DNA from: the human T2T-CHM13v2.0 reference genome, Homo sapiens
Assembly: GCF_009914755.1 (NCBI RefSeq)
Contig: NC_060925.1
DNA: 64,000 nt
Reading direction: 5' to 3' (one strand)
Positions 48,985 through 62,321 of this stretch are shown piece after piece. The translations under genes and the position numbers were made by a program. The notes under the pieces were generated by a model. It saw only the letters and a list, made by a program, of their open reading frames with translations. It was not told the origin of the DNA and ran no database searches. How positions within the stretch are numbered: the stretch's first letter is position 1; every line of letters begins with the position of its first letter.

Positions 48985-51900
48985 TGCCAATACATTTAAA
49001 ACTTAGATTAAATGGACATCTGCCTAGAAAAATATAACTTACAAAAAGTTACTAAAAAGAAACAGAAAGTCTGCATAGTCCTAGGCTAATTAAAATAAAT
49101 TAGAAGTTTAAAATTATTCCATAAAGAAAAAAGTTAGGAACGGATTGTTTTGTAGGTGACTTCTACCAGGCTTTCAGGGAACTTCTCATTCCAAACTTTC
49201 AGAAATTAGAAAAAAGAAGACAGTTCTCAAAGAATTTATAAGGCTACTATAATCTTAATACTAAAACCCAGAGAAAGGTACTACAAGAAAGAAAGGTTAT
49301 AATTCAAATACTTCTCATGATCATAGTTGTAAAAGTCACAAACATGGCCAGGTGTGGTGGCTCATGCCTGTAATCTCAGTACTTTGGGAGGCCGAGGTGA
49401 GCGGATCACAAGGTCAGGAGTTCAAGACCAGCCTGGCCAATATAGTGAAACCTTGTCTCTACTAAAAATACAAAAATTAGCCGGGCATATGGTGTGCACC
49501 TGTAGTCCCAGCTACTCAGGAGGCTGAGGCAGGAGAATCTCTGAGTGTACCTGGGAGGCAGAGGTTGTGTTGAGCTGAGTTTGTGCCACTGAACTCCAGC
49601 CTGGGCAACAGAGCAAGACTCCATCTCAAAATAAACAAACAAACAAACAAGCAAACTAAAAATAAAATCACAAGCATGATTAAATCACTGAATTACTAAA
49701 TTACTGAATAAAAACCATGCATCATGACCAAGTTGGGTTTATCCTGGGATCAATTAATATTAGAAAAATCTATAAGTGATTGCTGCTATGTTAACAGATT
49801 AATCTCAATAAATGCCTTTGGGAAATGTAATATTCATTAAAAAATAATAGTTAACAAACTAGAGATAGAAGGAAATTTTTTTAACCTGGTAAAACACTTT
49901 TACCAAAAGCCTACAGCATATGTTGAAATGCAGACTAATTCCCTTTAAAATCAGGAAAACACAAGATGCTTTCTCTCACCACTTCCGCTCAATATTGTGT
50001 TGGAGGTCCCAACCTCCCAACCAGAGCCAGTGCATAAAAATAAGAAAATCAAATGAAAGGCTAATGAATGTGAAAAAACCAGACCAACACAAAATGTCAT
50101 GATTCTAACGTGTTTTGACTGCATTCATAGGAAGTCCAAAAGTATTTGCAAAAAAAAGTACTAGAATTAATGAGACTCAAACCGAGTGTTTACCAGCAAC
50201 AGTTAGAAATCATGGTTGGAAAGATAATATTTACAATAGCAAACTACAAAATATACAAACTACAAAACTACAAAAGATAAGGGACAGGAGAATATATCTG
50301 ACAAAAAATGCTCAAGATGTTTCTGGGGAAATTTATTGAAAGGTACTCAAGACCTACATGTGCAGAGATATATTAAATTCATAGATGAGAAGACTTAATA
50401 TTGTAAAGATGACAGTTCTCCTTAAATAGTTCCACAGATTCAATAAAATTCCAATCAAAATCCCAATAGCATATTTAATAGAACTTGACAAGCTGACTAT
50501 AAAATTCATAAGAAAAAGGATAAGGGAAAAGATAGCCAAGGCACACCTGAAGAACATGTCAGGGGGTTTGCCATTTCAGATATCAAGATTTATAAGCCAC
50601 AGTGATTAGAAGTAGACCTTGATTTAATTAAAAGGCCAGTGGAAGAGAGTGGGTGTCCAGAAACCCTTGCATATGGAAAGTGTATATCATGCGGCTGTCG
50701 TTGCAGACCAGCGGGGAAAATGTGGACCATGCCGCAACAACTGGTTATCCACGTGGGAAAAAGATCAAATCCCCAACTCGGAATAACACAAAAATCAATT
50801 CCAGATGGATAGAAATTTGAATGCAAAATGCGAAGCTTTAAATATGTTAGAAGAAAATATAGACTATTTTTATGACCTCTGGTAGGGAAGGATTTCCTTA
50901 CTAATGCACTAACAGCGCAAACCACAAAAGGAAAAGGGGGAATAATTTGACTAAATCACATTCAAGGCATTCTGTTCTTCCAAAGACTACAAAATGAAAA
51001 GTGAAAAGACAAGTCTTAAATGGGAAGAAGATATTTACAACATGTAATCAATAAATGACTTACCCTAAATGGATATAGGACTCCTGAAAATCACTAGGAT
51101 AGCAACAAATGAATGATAGAAAATTAGGTAAGAGATATCAACAGGTATTTCACAGAAGAAGAAACCTGAAGGCCAAAAATCATTTGAAGATATGTTTCAT
51201 TTCATTAGTAATCAGGGAAATGAAAATTATGAACACAGAGAATTACCATTTTACACCCACCATTCTGGCAAAAATGTAGAAGCCTGACAAATTTGGATCT
51301 GGGTATGGAGGAATGAAAACTCATAGCCGCTGCTGCGAGTGGAAACAGACAGCCACATTATGAAAAAATTTGGCACAGTCTCGCAAAGTTGAACAAACAC
51401 ACCCACCACAAGCCAGCAATTTCCCTTCTAGAATGCACCCCAGAGAAGCTCCTATGCAGGTGCATCAGGAAACTTGTACAAGAATGTTCACAGCAGCCTC
51501 ATTTGTGATAACAAATAAACAAATGGAACTGCCCAGAGAAAGCAAAAAACTAGGACCAACTCAAATATCCACAGATAGGAGGGTGGACACATGAATTGTG
51601 GTATATTCCCGCAATGGAAAACTGAACATCAGCAAAGCGAATGAACTGCAGATACACGTATCCACACGGACATATCTAGAAACCATTCTGAGTGAAAAAG
51701 CCAAGTCACAGAGATCCATCCACGCTTAGCTAGGACATTTGTATAAAGCTCATATGCATGCAAAACTAAACAGTGTCTTGCATGGTGATATAGACATATA
51801 TGGAGGAACTGCAAAGAAGAGATGGACAAGATGAACAAACAGTGCAGGACAGTGGCCACCTCTGGGGGTCACTGGAGGAGACAGCTGGGGAGGGTCACCA

Positions 51901-52025
51901 GGACCTTCAGTGCCCTCGAAAATATTCCACTTTCCAAGATCTGATTCATGGCAGTTAATTTTATTGTTATGCTTCATAATTGACACATTTGTTAAATAGA
52001 ATTTTTATAAAAACCAAATAGTATG
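48985..52025 (+). mobile_element. Degenerate L1M(E) element with nested Alu
   Basis: ORF2-like remnants (AGAAGACTTAATATTGTAAAGATG, CAATAAAATTCCAATCAAAATCCC, GAAACTTGTACAAGAATGTTCACAGCAGC) through 3' UTR. Confidence 0.8.
49346..49663 (+). mobile_element. AluS-type SINE (AluSg-like)
   Basis: GGATCACAAGGTCAGGAGTTCAAGACCAGCC; (AAAC)n tail; imperfect TSD AAAA(G)TCACAA(A/G)CATG. Confidence 0.95.
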
Positions 52026-52640
52026 TCATAAAAAGAAGAGGTCTAGTGAAGTGCTATATTAAAGCTCAGCATAGGGTCTAGCAGACACAAATTATGCCAG
52101 CTAAGATTGCACACACTTTTTCTGGAGTCAGGCACTGCACCAAGTGGTTGACCTGCATGGTCTCTTTTAGTCTTCACGGCAGCCTTGTGATTGGTACCTG
52201 TTTTACAGATGAGGAAACAGACATCCACATAGGTGATCTGTGTGACTCTCTATAGGTCCCTCTCAGCCACTGTATCCCCACCTCGTGCACAGCAGGAGCT
52301 TAATAGGTGGTGAGGCCACTCTGATCCCTCTGTTCCTGCAGCAGCACCTCCTCCATGACAAGTGTCACGCTGGATCTTGCATTCCTCTTATGCTAGCAGA
52401 ATTCCTTGCAAGCTCCTCCAGTACACAGTGCAAAGTTGCTACCTGTGCCTGCTCTGTATTTCCTGTGCCAGTGCTGGTATTCAGCAGAAGCCCAATAGGT
52501 GCTTCAGCTTTGGTTGTGGTGTTACAGAACTCATCTCATGCATGGAGGACCCGACAAAAGGCCTCGTCCTGTTGGCTCAAGGGGCTGGAAGAAGAGAGCT
52601 CAGGGGCCATGAGGATGGGGTAGGAGAGCTGGGCACTCAC

Positions 52641-52793
52641 CCCAGGAGCTGTAGCCATAGGTGTCCATGAAGGACAGGCCCAGCGCTCATCCTCCTGCAT
52701 GGTGCTCTGGTCTGTGAAGCTCTGGTCCACAGTGCTCTTCATGTGTGTCCTCTGGTGGTAGTTGCAGTGGTCTTGGTCATGTTTGCCGGCTTC
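52641..52793 (-). pseudogene. PTPRU: Unprocessed pseudo-exon: frameshifted duplicate of the PTPRU juxtamembrane exon
   Basis: With two 1-bp frameshifts corrected it reads [51 protein letters not shown], versus recalled PTPRU [52 protein letters not shown]; flanked by CCCCCTCTCCAG| acceptor and G|GTGAGT donor. Confidence 0.88.
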
Positions 52794-54684
52794 CTGGAGA
52801 GGGGGGTTGGGGGAGACACAGGCACTGCGTGGGGCTGGACAGCACCCAGAGGTGGGTGGGGAGGCCCCACAGTCAAGGGGCCTTGAAGCCGGGAGCCGGC
52901 AGCTGTCCTGGAAGCATCTCTGGATGCTGAGAAGCTCTGCCACCATCCTTCACTCATCAGACCCAGAGAGCTGCTGCCGCCCTGGAAAGGGGCTGACAGG
53001 GTCCCTGTTCTGAGGACGTTTGCTGAGAGCAAGGCATGGAGCAGCAGTGACTTCGGGCTGGGATTCCGGTCCTAAGTCTCACTGGCCCCACGGGCTCAGG
53101 AAAGTGAGATGAAAAGTCACTCTGGGCTCACTTTGATGTCACAGCAGACAGCTGCCCCCATTGCACCCCAAACTAGGAAGGTGGCTAGACCTAGAATCAG
53201 ATCAATTATTTATTTATTTATTATTTATTTATTTTTAGCAGCGGGGATGGGCTGTGTGAAGCCATCCTCCCTCCTCCCTCACCACATGGGTCTGCCAACA
53301 GCCCAACCGAGAAGGAGTTTCTTGTCGGCAGGGGCTGAGTTCCAACCTGGGCTTCTCAGTTGTGTGCCCATTCTCCCCAGAAACCACCAGGCCTGGGGCC
53401 ATCACCCGCCATAAAGGATATGGAACAGAAACCTGCCCAGGGTCTATCTTCCTGCCACACCCGCATCAGCCCATCCAGCCCTGCTCCCCCCATCAGCCCA
53501 TCCGGCTTCTGGAAGCAGCAGGGGGAGAAGGTGAGAGGCCCCGGTCCCTCCACTGGGGAGGCAGAGCTTCTGGAGCGGCCTCTGGGCAAGGGCCCTGCAC
53601 GGCCCAGGCCTCCAGGCCCAGTTTCATGCATGAGGACAGCAGTTTGTGACCATGGAGGAACTTGGAGAAAGTGGGAGGGAGAGGAGGTGGGGAGGCAGGC
53701 GACAGCTCCATGATCAAGGGGCCAAGAAACAGGCACAGGGGAAATGACTTGGGACTCCTGTGAAGGCTGGAGAAGGGCCCGACGGGCCCAGTCACAGGGA
53801 AGGCTCCAGAGGAGAGAGCTGGTCCCCTGCTTGGCCCTACAGCATGCAGAATGTGAGGTAGACTTGAGAACGGACTTCCAGGTTATGAGGAGCCAGAACA
53901 CTGACCATCTGTCGGGGCGGGGAGGCCAATGAAATGATCTTCCCAGACAAGCAAACTCCAGCCAGCATGTCCTGGGGTAGGGGAAAGACAGGATGACCTC
54001 TGGATGCCCTTCCTGCCAGGACTAGGATGTCCTTCCTGTGCTAAGAAGACGGCTGTGTCCTCACTGGGACCACTGCTCTCCAGCACTGAGGATGGCATAG
54101 CCTTCCCAGACTGGATGGGAGAGAGTTCAGCAGGCCCAGGCTTCCTACCCCCAGCCCCTGCCAGGCTCTGGGCATCACCCTTGCTTTGGCCCAGGGTGGA
54201 GCCAAAGCCCCCTTTGGGAGCAGGCAAGGATCAGCCTCTGCGGCTGTGACCTTGACCACCTTGAGTGGGGAGGTGTTGGGGGAGACAGAGAAGGAGGAGG
54301 GGAGGAGAAGAGAGAAAGAGATAATAACAAGGAGAGAGAGAGATGGGGAAGGGGACAGAGAGAGAGGGAGGGGCAGGCCAGCAAGCCACAAGGAAAACAG
54401 ACATGGCCATGGAGAGAGGACAGCCGGCCGAGCTGCCTGTCCTCAGCCCCTGCAGGAGCCGAGCTGGGGGCTCAGCACGAGTTGGGTGTTGAGTTGCTGG
54501 AAAAGCTCATGTCGGGAAACAGCAAGGTAAGGAGCCATCCAGGGAGGAGGAGGTGAGAGACCTGCCATCCTTGGGGCTGGCCCGGTGCCCTCTGGGTCTG
54601 CTCTGCGAGGGAGGAAAAACCAGCACAGGTGTGGGAGGAATGTTCTGGAAGGCTTGCAGAGTAGAAGACAGAGACAGAAGACAG

Positions 54685-54850
54685 AGTAGCATCAGCAGGC
54701 TGTGGAGTCAGCAGAGGCCTGGGTTGTGTTCCAGCTCTGGCACATTCTGTGACCTCCCACGAGTCCCTTGGCCTCTCTGAGCCTCAGTTTTCTCATCAGT
54801 AAAATGGGAGTGATAAGAGCTTCTATTTCTCAGGGTAGTTGTGAGGACTC
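54685..54850 (+). mobile_element. MIR SINE
   Basis: CCTCTCTGAGCCTCAGTTTTCTCATCAGTAAAATGGGAGTGATAA. Confidence 0.8.
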
Positions 54851-57699
54851 TGTGTCCAGAACTGAGCACCAGTGCCACCTTTGCTGGGCAGCCTCCTCCT
54901 CATACCCTCACATTGTCAATCTTGTTTCTCTGGGGGTAGGTAGATTTCTAAGGCACCCAAACTGCCACATAGCACCACCACCACCACCGCAAAACTCTGT
55001 CCCCTCCACTATGGCCCTCACCACCCCCAGCCCCGCCCCCGCCGAGAGTCACCTCTCAGGCCCCTGCTGGGGAGGAGTCAGGGACTTGCTATTTTGGGGC
55101 ATCTCCTGTGCTTCAGACTTGATGAGGCCTTCACATTTGTGGCTGCGCCTGAGTTCAAGTCAGACCCTGCCATTGATCCACCAAATGGCGTGGGCAAGGT
55201 GCTTTCATCACGGTTTCCTCATCTGTGAAAAGGGAGTCAGAGCTGCTTTGTGGGTCAGGATCCAAGAAGGAAATGTTTTCTGATTTATCCCGAGTGCCGT
55301 AACAGTGCCTGGCACACAGTAGGTGCCCAGTAAATAATGTACTCATGGATGATGTACCTGAAGCTCCTGGCACATAGTAAACACTCATTAAATGACAGTT
55401 TAAAGTGTTTTTATTGGGAAGTTGTTCAAAGACTAAGCCAGGAGACAGTCAGAGCTTAGCGCCCTGGGTAGGCCGCCCTACACTGTCTTACTGGTAGGTT
55501 CTCTCTCCTGCTTCAGCCTGGCCTTGGGCCAGGTTCAAAAAGGGCATCCTGGCAGGTGCTCTGTCGTCCCCCCGACATCCTGCTTATCTGCTCCTGGCAG
55601 CCCTGGGATCCAGTGCCATCTGGCCCAGTGTGCCCAGCCTGGCAGTGGCTCTGCTGAGTAAGTGGGGAGGGGCAGAGCTGGCTCTGCCTCTGGCTCCCTG
55701 GGTGACCTTGGGTAGGTCCGCATTTTCTCTGCAACTCAGCATCCCCATCCCTAAATTGAAGTGCTTAGACCACAGTGTCCTGGGCTGCCTGATAGGGAAT
55801 GAGGGGTCAAAATGCCTGGGGGAAGGTGGTCAGCAGAGAGGTCTTAGAAGCCGCCACCTGCCTCCAGCCAGAGTTGCTGCCCAGCCTTCTTCTGATCCAT
55901 GTACTGGGCTCCCAGGGGAGGTTCGTCTTTTTAATTTTTTTTCCTGTATTTTGAAGACAATTCTGTTAGACTGGAAGTCATAAACTACCTGGTGGCTCTA
56001 CTTTCCGGGCTCTGAGCCTCTACATTTCTAAATTCTGAGATTCTCAGAATCTGAAATCTTGGGTTTATGAAACTCCAGATTCCCCTGATTCTCAGTTCTG
56101 GATTCTAAGGCATGCTGGGGTTCATGCTACCCTCTGCAAAATGCGGTAGGAAATGCATCCCGGGCACACTCCAGTCTGGACTTTGCCTGGGAGTTTGCAA
56201 CACTCTCATTGCTCAGGGTCAGCCTCCTGGGTCAGTGCAGACAAGCCAGCAGATCTCCAGGTCCCCCTCATTCCCTTCCAACACAACAACCTCTCTGCTG
56301 AGCACACTTCCCTGGACAGCACCTGGCACCCTTGGTTAGCATCTCAAGTTTGAGGGACTGAGCACATTGGCCTGAGGCCAAGGACAGGCCCCAAGAAGGT
56401 TTTATGATGTCTCTACTTGTCTCTCTCGCCACAGAGCCCAGAGCCAGCATCCAGCCACCATCATCCTGTGGCCCAGCCACGATGGCTCCCCTTCCCCAGG
56501 CCTGCTCCAGGCTCTGCCAGGGTCCTTCTGTGTCCACCTTCACAGGGGCATCGCTGGGCCCTTCTGCCCAGCCTGAGAGGAGGAGCCCTCAGTGAGGAGG
56601 GGCCCTGGGGAGGGGACTGGCAGGAAGCCCTCCTTGACCCTAGGCCTGCCAGGCCACCATCTTCTGCTCCCACAGCTCTGGGTCTTCAGGATCCACCTCC
56701 TTAGAGCCCAATGTGTCTCCGTCCTAATGCTGAAGGACCGAAGGGACTCAGAGGGAGAAGCTCTCGGGGGCTTACCTTTCTTGGTGAATCCCATGTGCTC
56801 CCACCGGTCTCCTGGAGGCACAGACCGTGGGTTTCGGGACTGCTCCCTGCATGCTCCTCCTCCCTCCCTGGGGCTGGAACCTTAGTGGGGACTCTTGGGT
56901 TGGGCTCTCTCGAGAGTCCTCCCTCGCTCATCTCCCCCTGTCTGGTTAATGAGCTGGAAGCTTCCATAATGAAGCTGCTTTATCATTTAACCTGCTGCAT
57001 CAGTGGTAGAGAGGGAGGGGTGGAATGGGGGAGGTGTCTGGGGGAGGTAGGGGTGTCTAGTAGCCCCAGGGTCTACCCACAGAATAGCCCCCAGTGTGGA
57101 GGGCTCAGTAAGAGAAAGGAGGGGCTCTCCCGCATGCCCTGTAGCTCTCACTGGGAAAGTCCCCCATGCTTATGAAAGGTAAGGGGCTGGGGAGCTGGTT
57201 CATCCCACTTCATATTGGCCCTCCTGGTGATGCCAAGCTCACCCCGCTCAGTCTAGTCTTGGTATTTCCCAAAATGCTCCTACAAAAGCCCCTTTGATCA
57301 CCCCATGCCCCTGCCTTGCTCCTGCGGCAATGGCTCCTGTCTCTCTTCTCTGGGCCACTGGGCATTTGTACATGCTGTTTCCTCCTCCAACACCTCCACT
57401 TCCCCTCCCTGGCCTCCCGTGGCTGCCCTGAACTTCTCCAGTCCTAGCTGTACTCTCTGCACTATAAGCAACAGTTCACTCCTCTGTCCTCCCCATGGGA
57501 CTGGAAGCCTATTGAAGGTTGGCTGTGTGTCTGGCTCAGCCGCCACTGTTTCCTCAGAGTGCAGGCTGGTGCCTGACACCTTACCCAGCATTTATTGAGC
57601 ACTATGTACCAGGACTGTGCTCAGTTCTTTACGGACATATATCAATTAACCTTCAAGGTCATCTTCAAGGACATACTGGAGACAGGGTGGAGTTGGGGC

Positions 57700-57920
57700 T
57701 GGAAACACAGACTTGAAGCGCAAGCCAGCTGGATTTGGATCCAGTTCTGCATTTACCAGCTGGGTGACCTTTATGAAGTTACATAAGCTGTCTGTGCCTC
57801 AGTTTCCTCATGCAAAATGGAGGTAATGACAGTACCTCCATCATAGAGTTGTTTGAGGATAAAATAGTAAATATATGTCTATATATACACACACATTTAA
57901 TACAGTGCACACACTAATTG
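57700..57920 (+). mobile_element. MIR SINE
   Basis: CTGTGCCTCAGTTTCCTCATGCAAAATGGAGGTAATGACAGTACCTCCATCATAGAGTTGTTTGAGGAT. Confidence 0.8.
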
Positions 57921-58074
57921 CTTTGTGGTGTCAACTATTGGCATTCCTCCCATTTTGCAGATGAGGAAAGCCTCCTTCTGCCTCCATCCTTTCCTATCCC
58001 CTGTGCCATCAGAACTAAATTGATTCAGGGAGCTCAATAAATGCTTGCATGCTTGTTCACTCAGGGTTTCATGC

Positions 58075-58660
58075 CAACCGAGGGGTGTGTAAGTTCACCA
58101 TTTATAAGTCAACTGTATTTTTATGTCCTAGCAACAAAAAAAAATTGGCAAGTGAAATAAAAATACTATTTATTATCATAACAAAACCCAAAAATATATA
58201 CAAAGAGATTCGACTAAAAAAATATACAAGACCTCCCTGTGAAGAGTGCAATAAAAATGGTCAACATACACCCATGGACACTTCACAATAGATTTATCAT
58301 GGCTAATAAACGTGACAAAATGGACAATATTATTAGTCATCAGTGCAAAATAAAACCATAACAAGATGCAATACTCTCATCAAAATGGCTAAAGTTAATG
58401 TGACCTGCCTTACCAAGTGTTGAGAAGGATGTGGAGATGCTGGAACTCCCTCCCCTGCTGGTGGGAATATAGGCAGGTCCAGCCACTTTGGAAAACAACT
58501 TGGCAGCCTCTGATAAAGTAAAAGTAAAACAAATACCTGATCTGTGACTTGGTGGGTCCAGCTATTTTCCCTAGAGAAACGAAACAGACACCCACAGAAA
58601 TTCTATCACAAGAATGGCAGTGTTATTTGTATTAGCCCCAAATGACTCAACATTCCCATG
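58075..58660 (+). mobile_element. L1ME-like fragments
   Basis: TACCAAGTGTTGAGAAGGATGTGGAG...CTGCTGGTGGGAAT...CCACTTTGGAAAACAACTTGGCAG. Confidence 0.7.
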
Positions 58661-58969
58661 TCTTTCCAGTTTTTCCAGAGACAACTCTTCATTAAATCGC
58701 CTGTCCAAGAATCTGCACCTGCACCTCCCTCAGCTGCCACCCGAATCTCTGACCTCAACGAATCCCTATGCCAGGGGAATGCAAGACTGATTGGCCACAG
58801 GCCTGGGGCTCTGTACTCCCCTGAGCCTGGGTGGGGAGTGATTCCTCAAGGACAAGGAGAAGGGAGAGGGCTGAGCAGTGGTCCCCAAGGGAAGTGGCAC
58901 TGGGGGTGGGGCAGAACCATCACGCGTTACCGATGGTGGGGTCAGAATCAGGGGGCCTGAGATATATGC

Positions 58970-59400
58970 TATTGGGTCCCACCCTATAGCCCTGCCCACG
59001 TCCTTCAGCTGTGGAGAGCGTGGGCTGCCAGCTGGGCCCTTTTCTGGGGAATCATCCTCAGCTGAGGAAGCTGACTGCTGACTCACCTGAAAAATGCCTG
59101 CGAGGTCTCACCTTTCCCTGGGATGACCTGCAGCCAGTCACTGGCTGACACATGGGTACAAAAGGTCTGGCTCATTCGAGGAGGCAGGACAGTCATGTGG
59201 TGCCACAGAGGACACTCCAGAGCTCCCCATGGGCCCAGATCAGGGCTAGACTAGACCAAGTCCATGCCCTGGCCTGGCTTCTTGCCCACCCTCCGCTACT
59301 TCCCTCACTCCCCTTCTTCTGAGCGTGCGCCCTCTGCAATCTCACATGTCCCCGTAAGTCCCCATCTCAGGCTCTGCTTCTAGGGAGCCTAACCTATGCA
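58970..59400 (+). mobile_element. ERVL-class solo LTR, LTR16C-like
   Basis: CCTCAGCTGAGGA...CTCCAGAGCTCCCCATGGG...CCCATCTCAGGCTCTGCTTCTAGGGAGCCTAACCTATGCA. Confidence 0.6.
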
Positions 59401-60858
59401 GAAGGCCAAGCTGGCTCTCGCCTGCACACCTGCCCCATGCAAGCTTCCCCTTGGATCTTCTTCCCTGCATGGGGAAATTGGTCCTACCCCACCAGGCTCC
59501 AAGGTGTGCAGCCAGCATCATCTTGGAATCCCTCTCAAACCCAGACTCCCACCAAGAACTCAATTCTCCCCACATCTGCTCCAGGTCCTTAGGAAACTCA
59601 ACATCCAAATCCCTTTCATCTCCAGGTTGATTAACAGAAGATTATAAGCAAGCTTCAGAAGGAAGAAAAACCAGTGTCTCCCCAGGGCAGACACTGTCTG
59701 TTGACAAATACCACCAATATATATTTTTCTCATTTTTGTATAGATATACAGAACTAAGCCGATTAATATATTCTTCTTTCCCTCTTAGGTCTAGGACTGC
59801 AATGGGAATCTTTCTGCCCCATGGTGAACTGTGTACCAGGTTTCAATAAAGGTTTTATCTTTGCAATTACAGTTCATTAATAAATTTACAAGGGAAGGAA
59901 GATGGCGAGGTCTGTCTAAGAGGATTGTTTCGCATTTCTTCTCTTTTAATTACAGTTATCTCCTGAACCAAAGCTCTTTGAAAAACAGAGAGAAAAAAGA
60001 CACCCTTTCCCCATCTGTTCCAGATATGGGTACAATTAATAAGGGAGGAGACAGGAGCTGCTCCTGGGCTTCCTGCAAACTGAGACCTCACCACCTCCTC
60101 TTCAGAGCTGCCCTGTGGGTGGGAGTCTTGGCCACCGGAGCTCAGCTGGCATCAGGTATCTTGTCATGTATCTGCCCTGGGGATTTGGATAAGGACAGGC
60201 TTGGTTCTCTATAGAGCTACTGTTTCTAGGGCACCTACTATGTGCTAGAGTCTTTACAGGGGTTTTCTAATCTTAAACTTGTCTAAGTTTTAAACTTCAC
60301 AGTGATCCATTTTACAGACCTGTTTTACAGACAGAGAGTAGCTAAGGCAGACAGATGGGTGCAGGGCATTGGGCTAGGCATAGGGAGCAGGGAGGGGGCT
60401 GAACATTTTACAGATGCCAAATGGAGACTCAGAGATGTCCAGGACTTTCTTAAGGCACTCCAGATTAGGTTGGAATTGCAAGCCAGTCCTGTGACTCCAA
60501 CTTACCTGCTATTTCCACTTTTTATTTGCTGGTATTTGGTGAACCTTTCTGGGCCTTAGTTTCCCCATCTGTGAAATGAGCCCCAGAGACTGGAAAAGAT
60601 GAGTGTAAAGGTCTTAGGCTTTGAGGTGGCGTGTCTTGAATGGGATGGGTGCTGGAATGGCAGGTGTGGGGCTGGTATGGGGCAATCTGGCATCGGGGCG
60701 TCTGAGTCTCCAGAAATGAGGGCCTCCAGTCTCTCACACTAGCAATCTGCTCAGACCTGGTCAGAGAGAGCTGATTTCATCCCTGCCATTTGAGGAGCGC
60801 CAGAAGCTTTGGATCCCTTTAACCTCCTCCTCCCAAAAGCTTCTGAGGCGAGCAGTGA

Positions 60859-61215
<357 letters not shown>

Positions 61216-61258
61216 TGAGTGTCCCTAAGTGGGCTCCTCTTTGGTCTCCTAGCTTTAA

Positions 61259-61672
<414 letters not shown>

Positions 61673-61689
61673 GCCAGTTCTTAATTTAT

Positions 61690-62321
61690 TGCGGTTGTCA
61701 AACTTTTTCTGTAAAGTACAAAGTGATAAATATTTTAGGGCAAGTGGGCCAAGAGACAAATCAAGGATATAATATAGGTATGGTATAATAGTTCCCCCTT
61801 ATCCATGGGGGCTACATTCCAAGACCCCCAGTGAATGCGTCAAACAGTGGATAGTACAGAGCCCTATATACACTATGTTTTTTCCTATACATACCTACCT
61901 ATGTTCAAGTTTAATTTTAAACTTAGATACAATAAGAGATTAACAACAATAAGATAGGACAATTATAATAATACACTGTAGTAAACGTTATGTGAATGTG
62001 GTCTCCCTCCCTGTCAAATTGTCTTCTTGTACTGCACCGTAGGCACCTGGAGCCTTGGAAAATGAAACTGCAGATAAGGGAGGACTACCGTATTCATGTA
62101 ACCAGAGAGAAAACAAATTTCCACAATTGTAAGTGATACAATTAAAGATGTATCAATGAACACTGAAGTTTAAATGTCATATAACGTTAACATGTCTTGA
62201 AAGATTATTTTTCTCGTTTTTTAAATTATTTAAAGATGTAAAGAATCAGTCTTAGCTTATAGGCCATGAAAAACAAACATCAGGCCAGGTCTGAATGGTG
62301 GCCGTAGTTTGCAGAGCCCTG
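61690..62321 (+). mobile_element. hAT-Charlie MITE, MER58B/C-like, split by MER44
   Basis: CAAACTTTTTCTGTAAAG...TAAATATTTTAGG at left; GAGAGAAAACAAATTTCCACAA...GGCCGTAGTTTGCAGAGCCCTG at right. Confidence 0.75.
61786..62090. mobile_element. TcMar-Tigger MITE, MER44A-like
   Basis: Terminal inverted repeats TAATAGTTCCCCCTTATCC / GATAAGGGAGGACTACCG with TA on both sides. Confidence 0.8.

Noticed and set aside
52536-52946. 136-aa ORF as an intact gene
   Set aside because: Only its middle ~27 residues are in the PTPRU frame; the rest is out-of-frame or intronic.
54520-54535. Isolated strong plus-strand donor AAG|GTAAGG (also near 57178 and 29005)
   Set aside because: No matching upstream acceptor or coherent exon identified; such motifs are common by chance.
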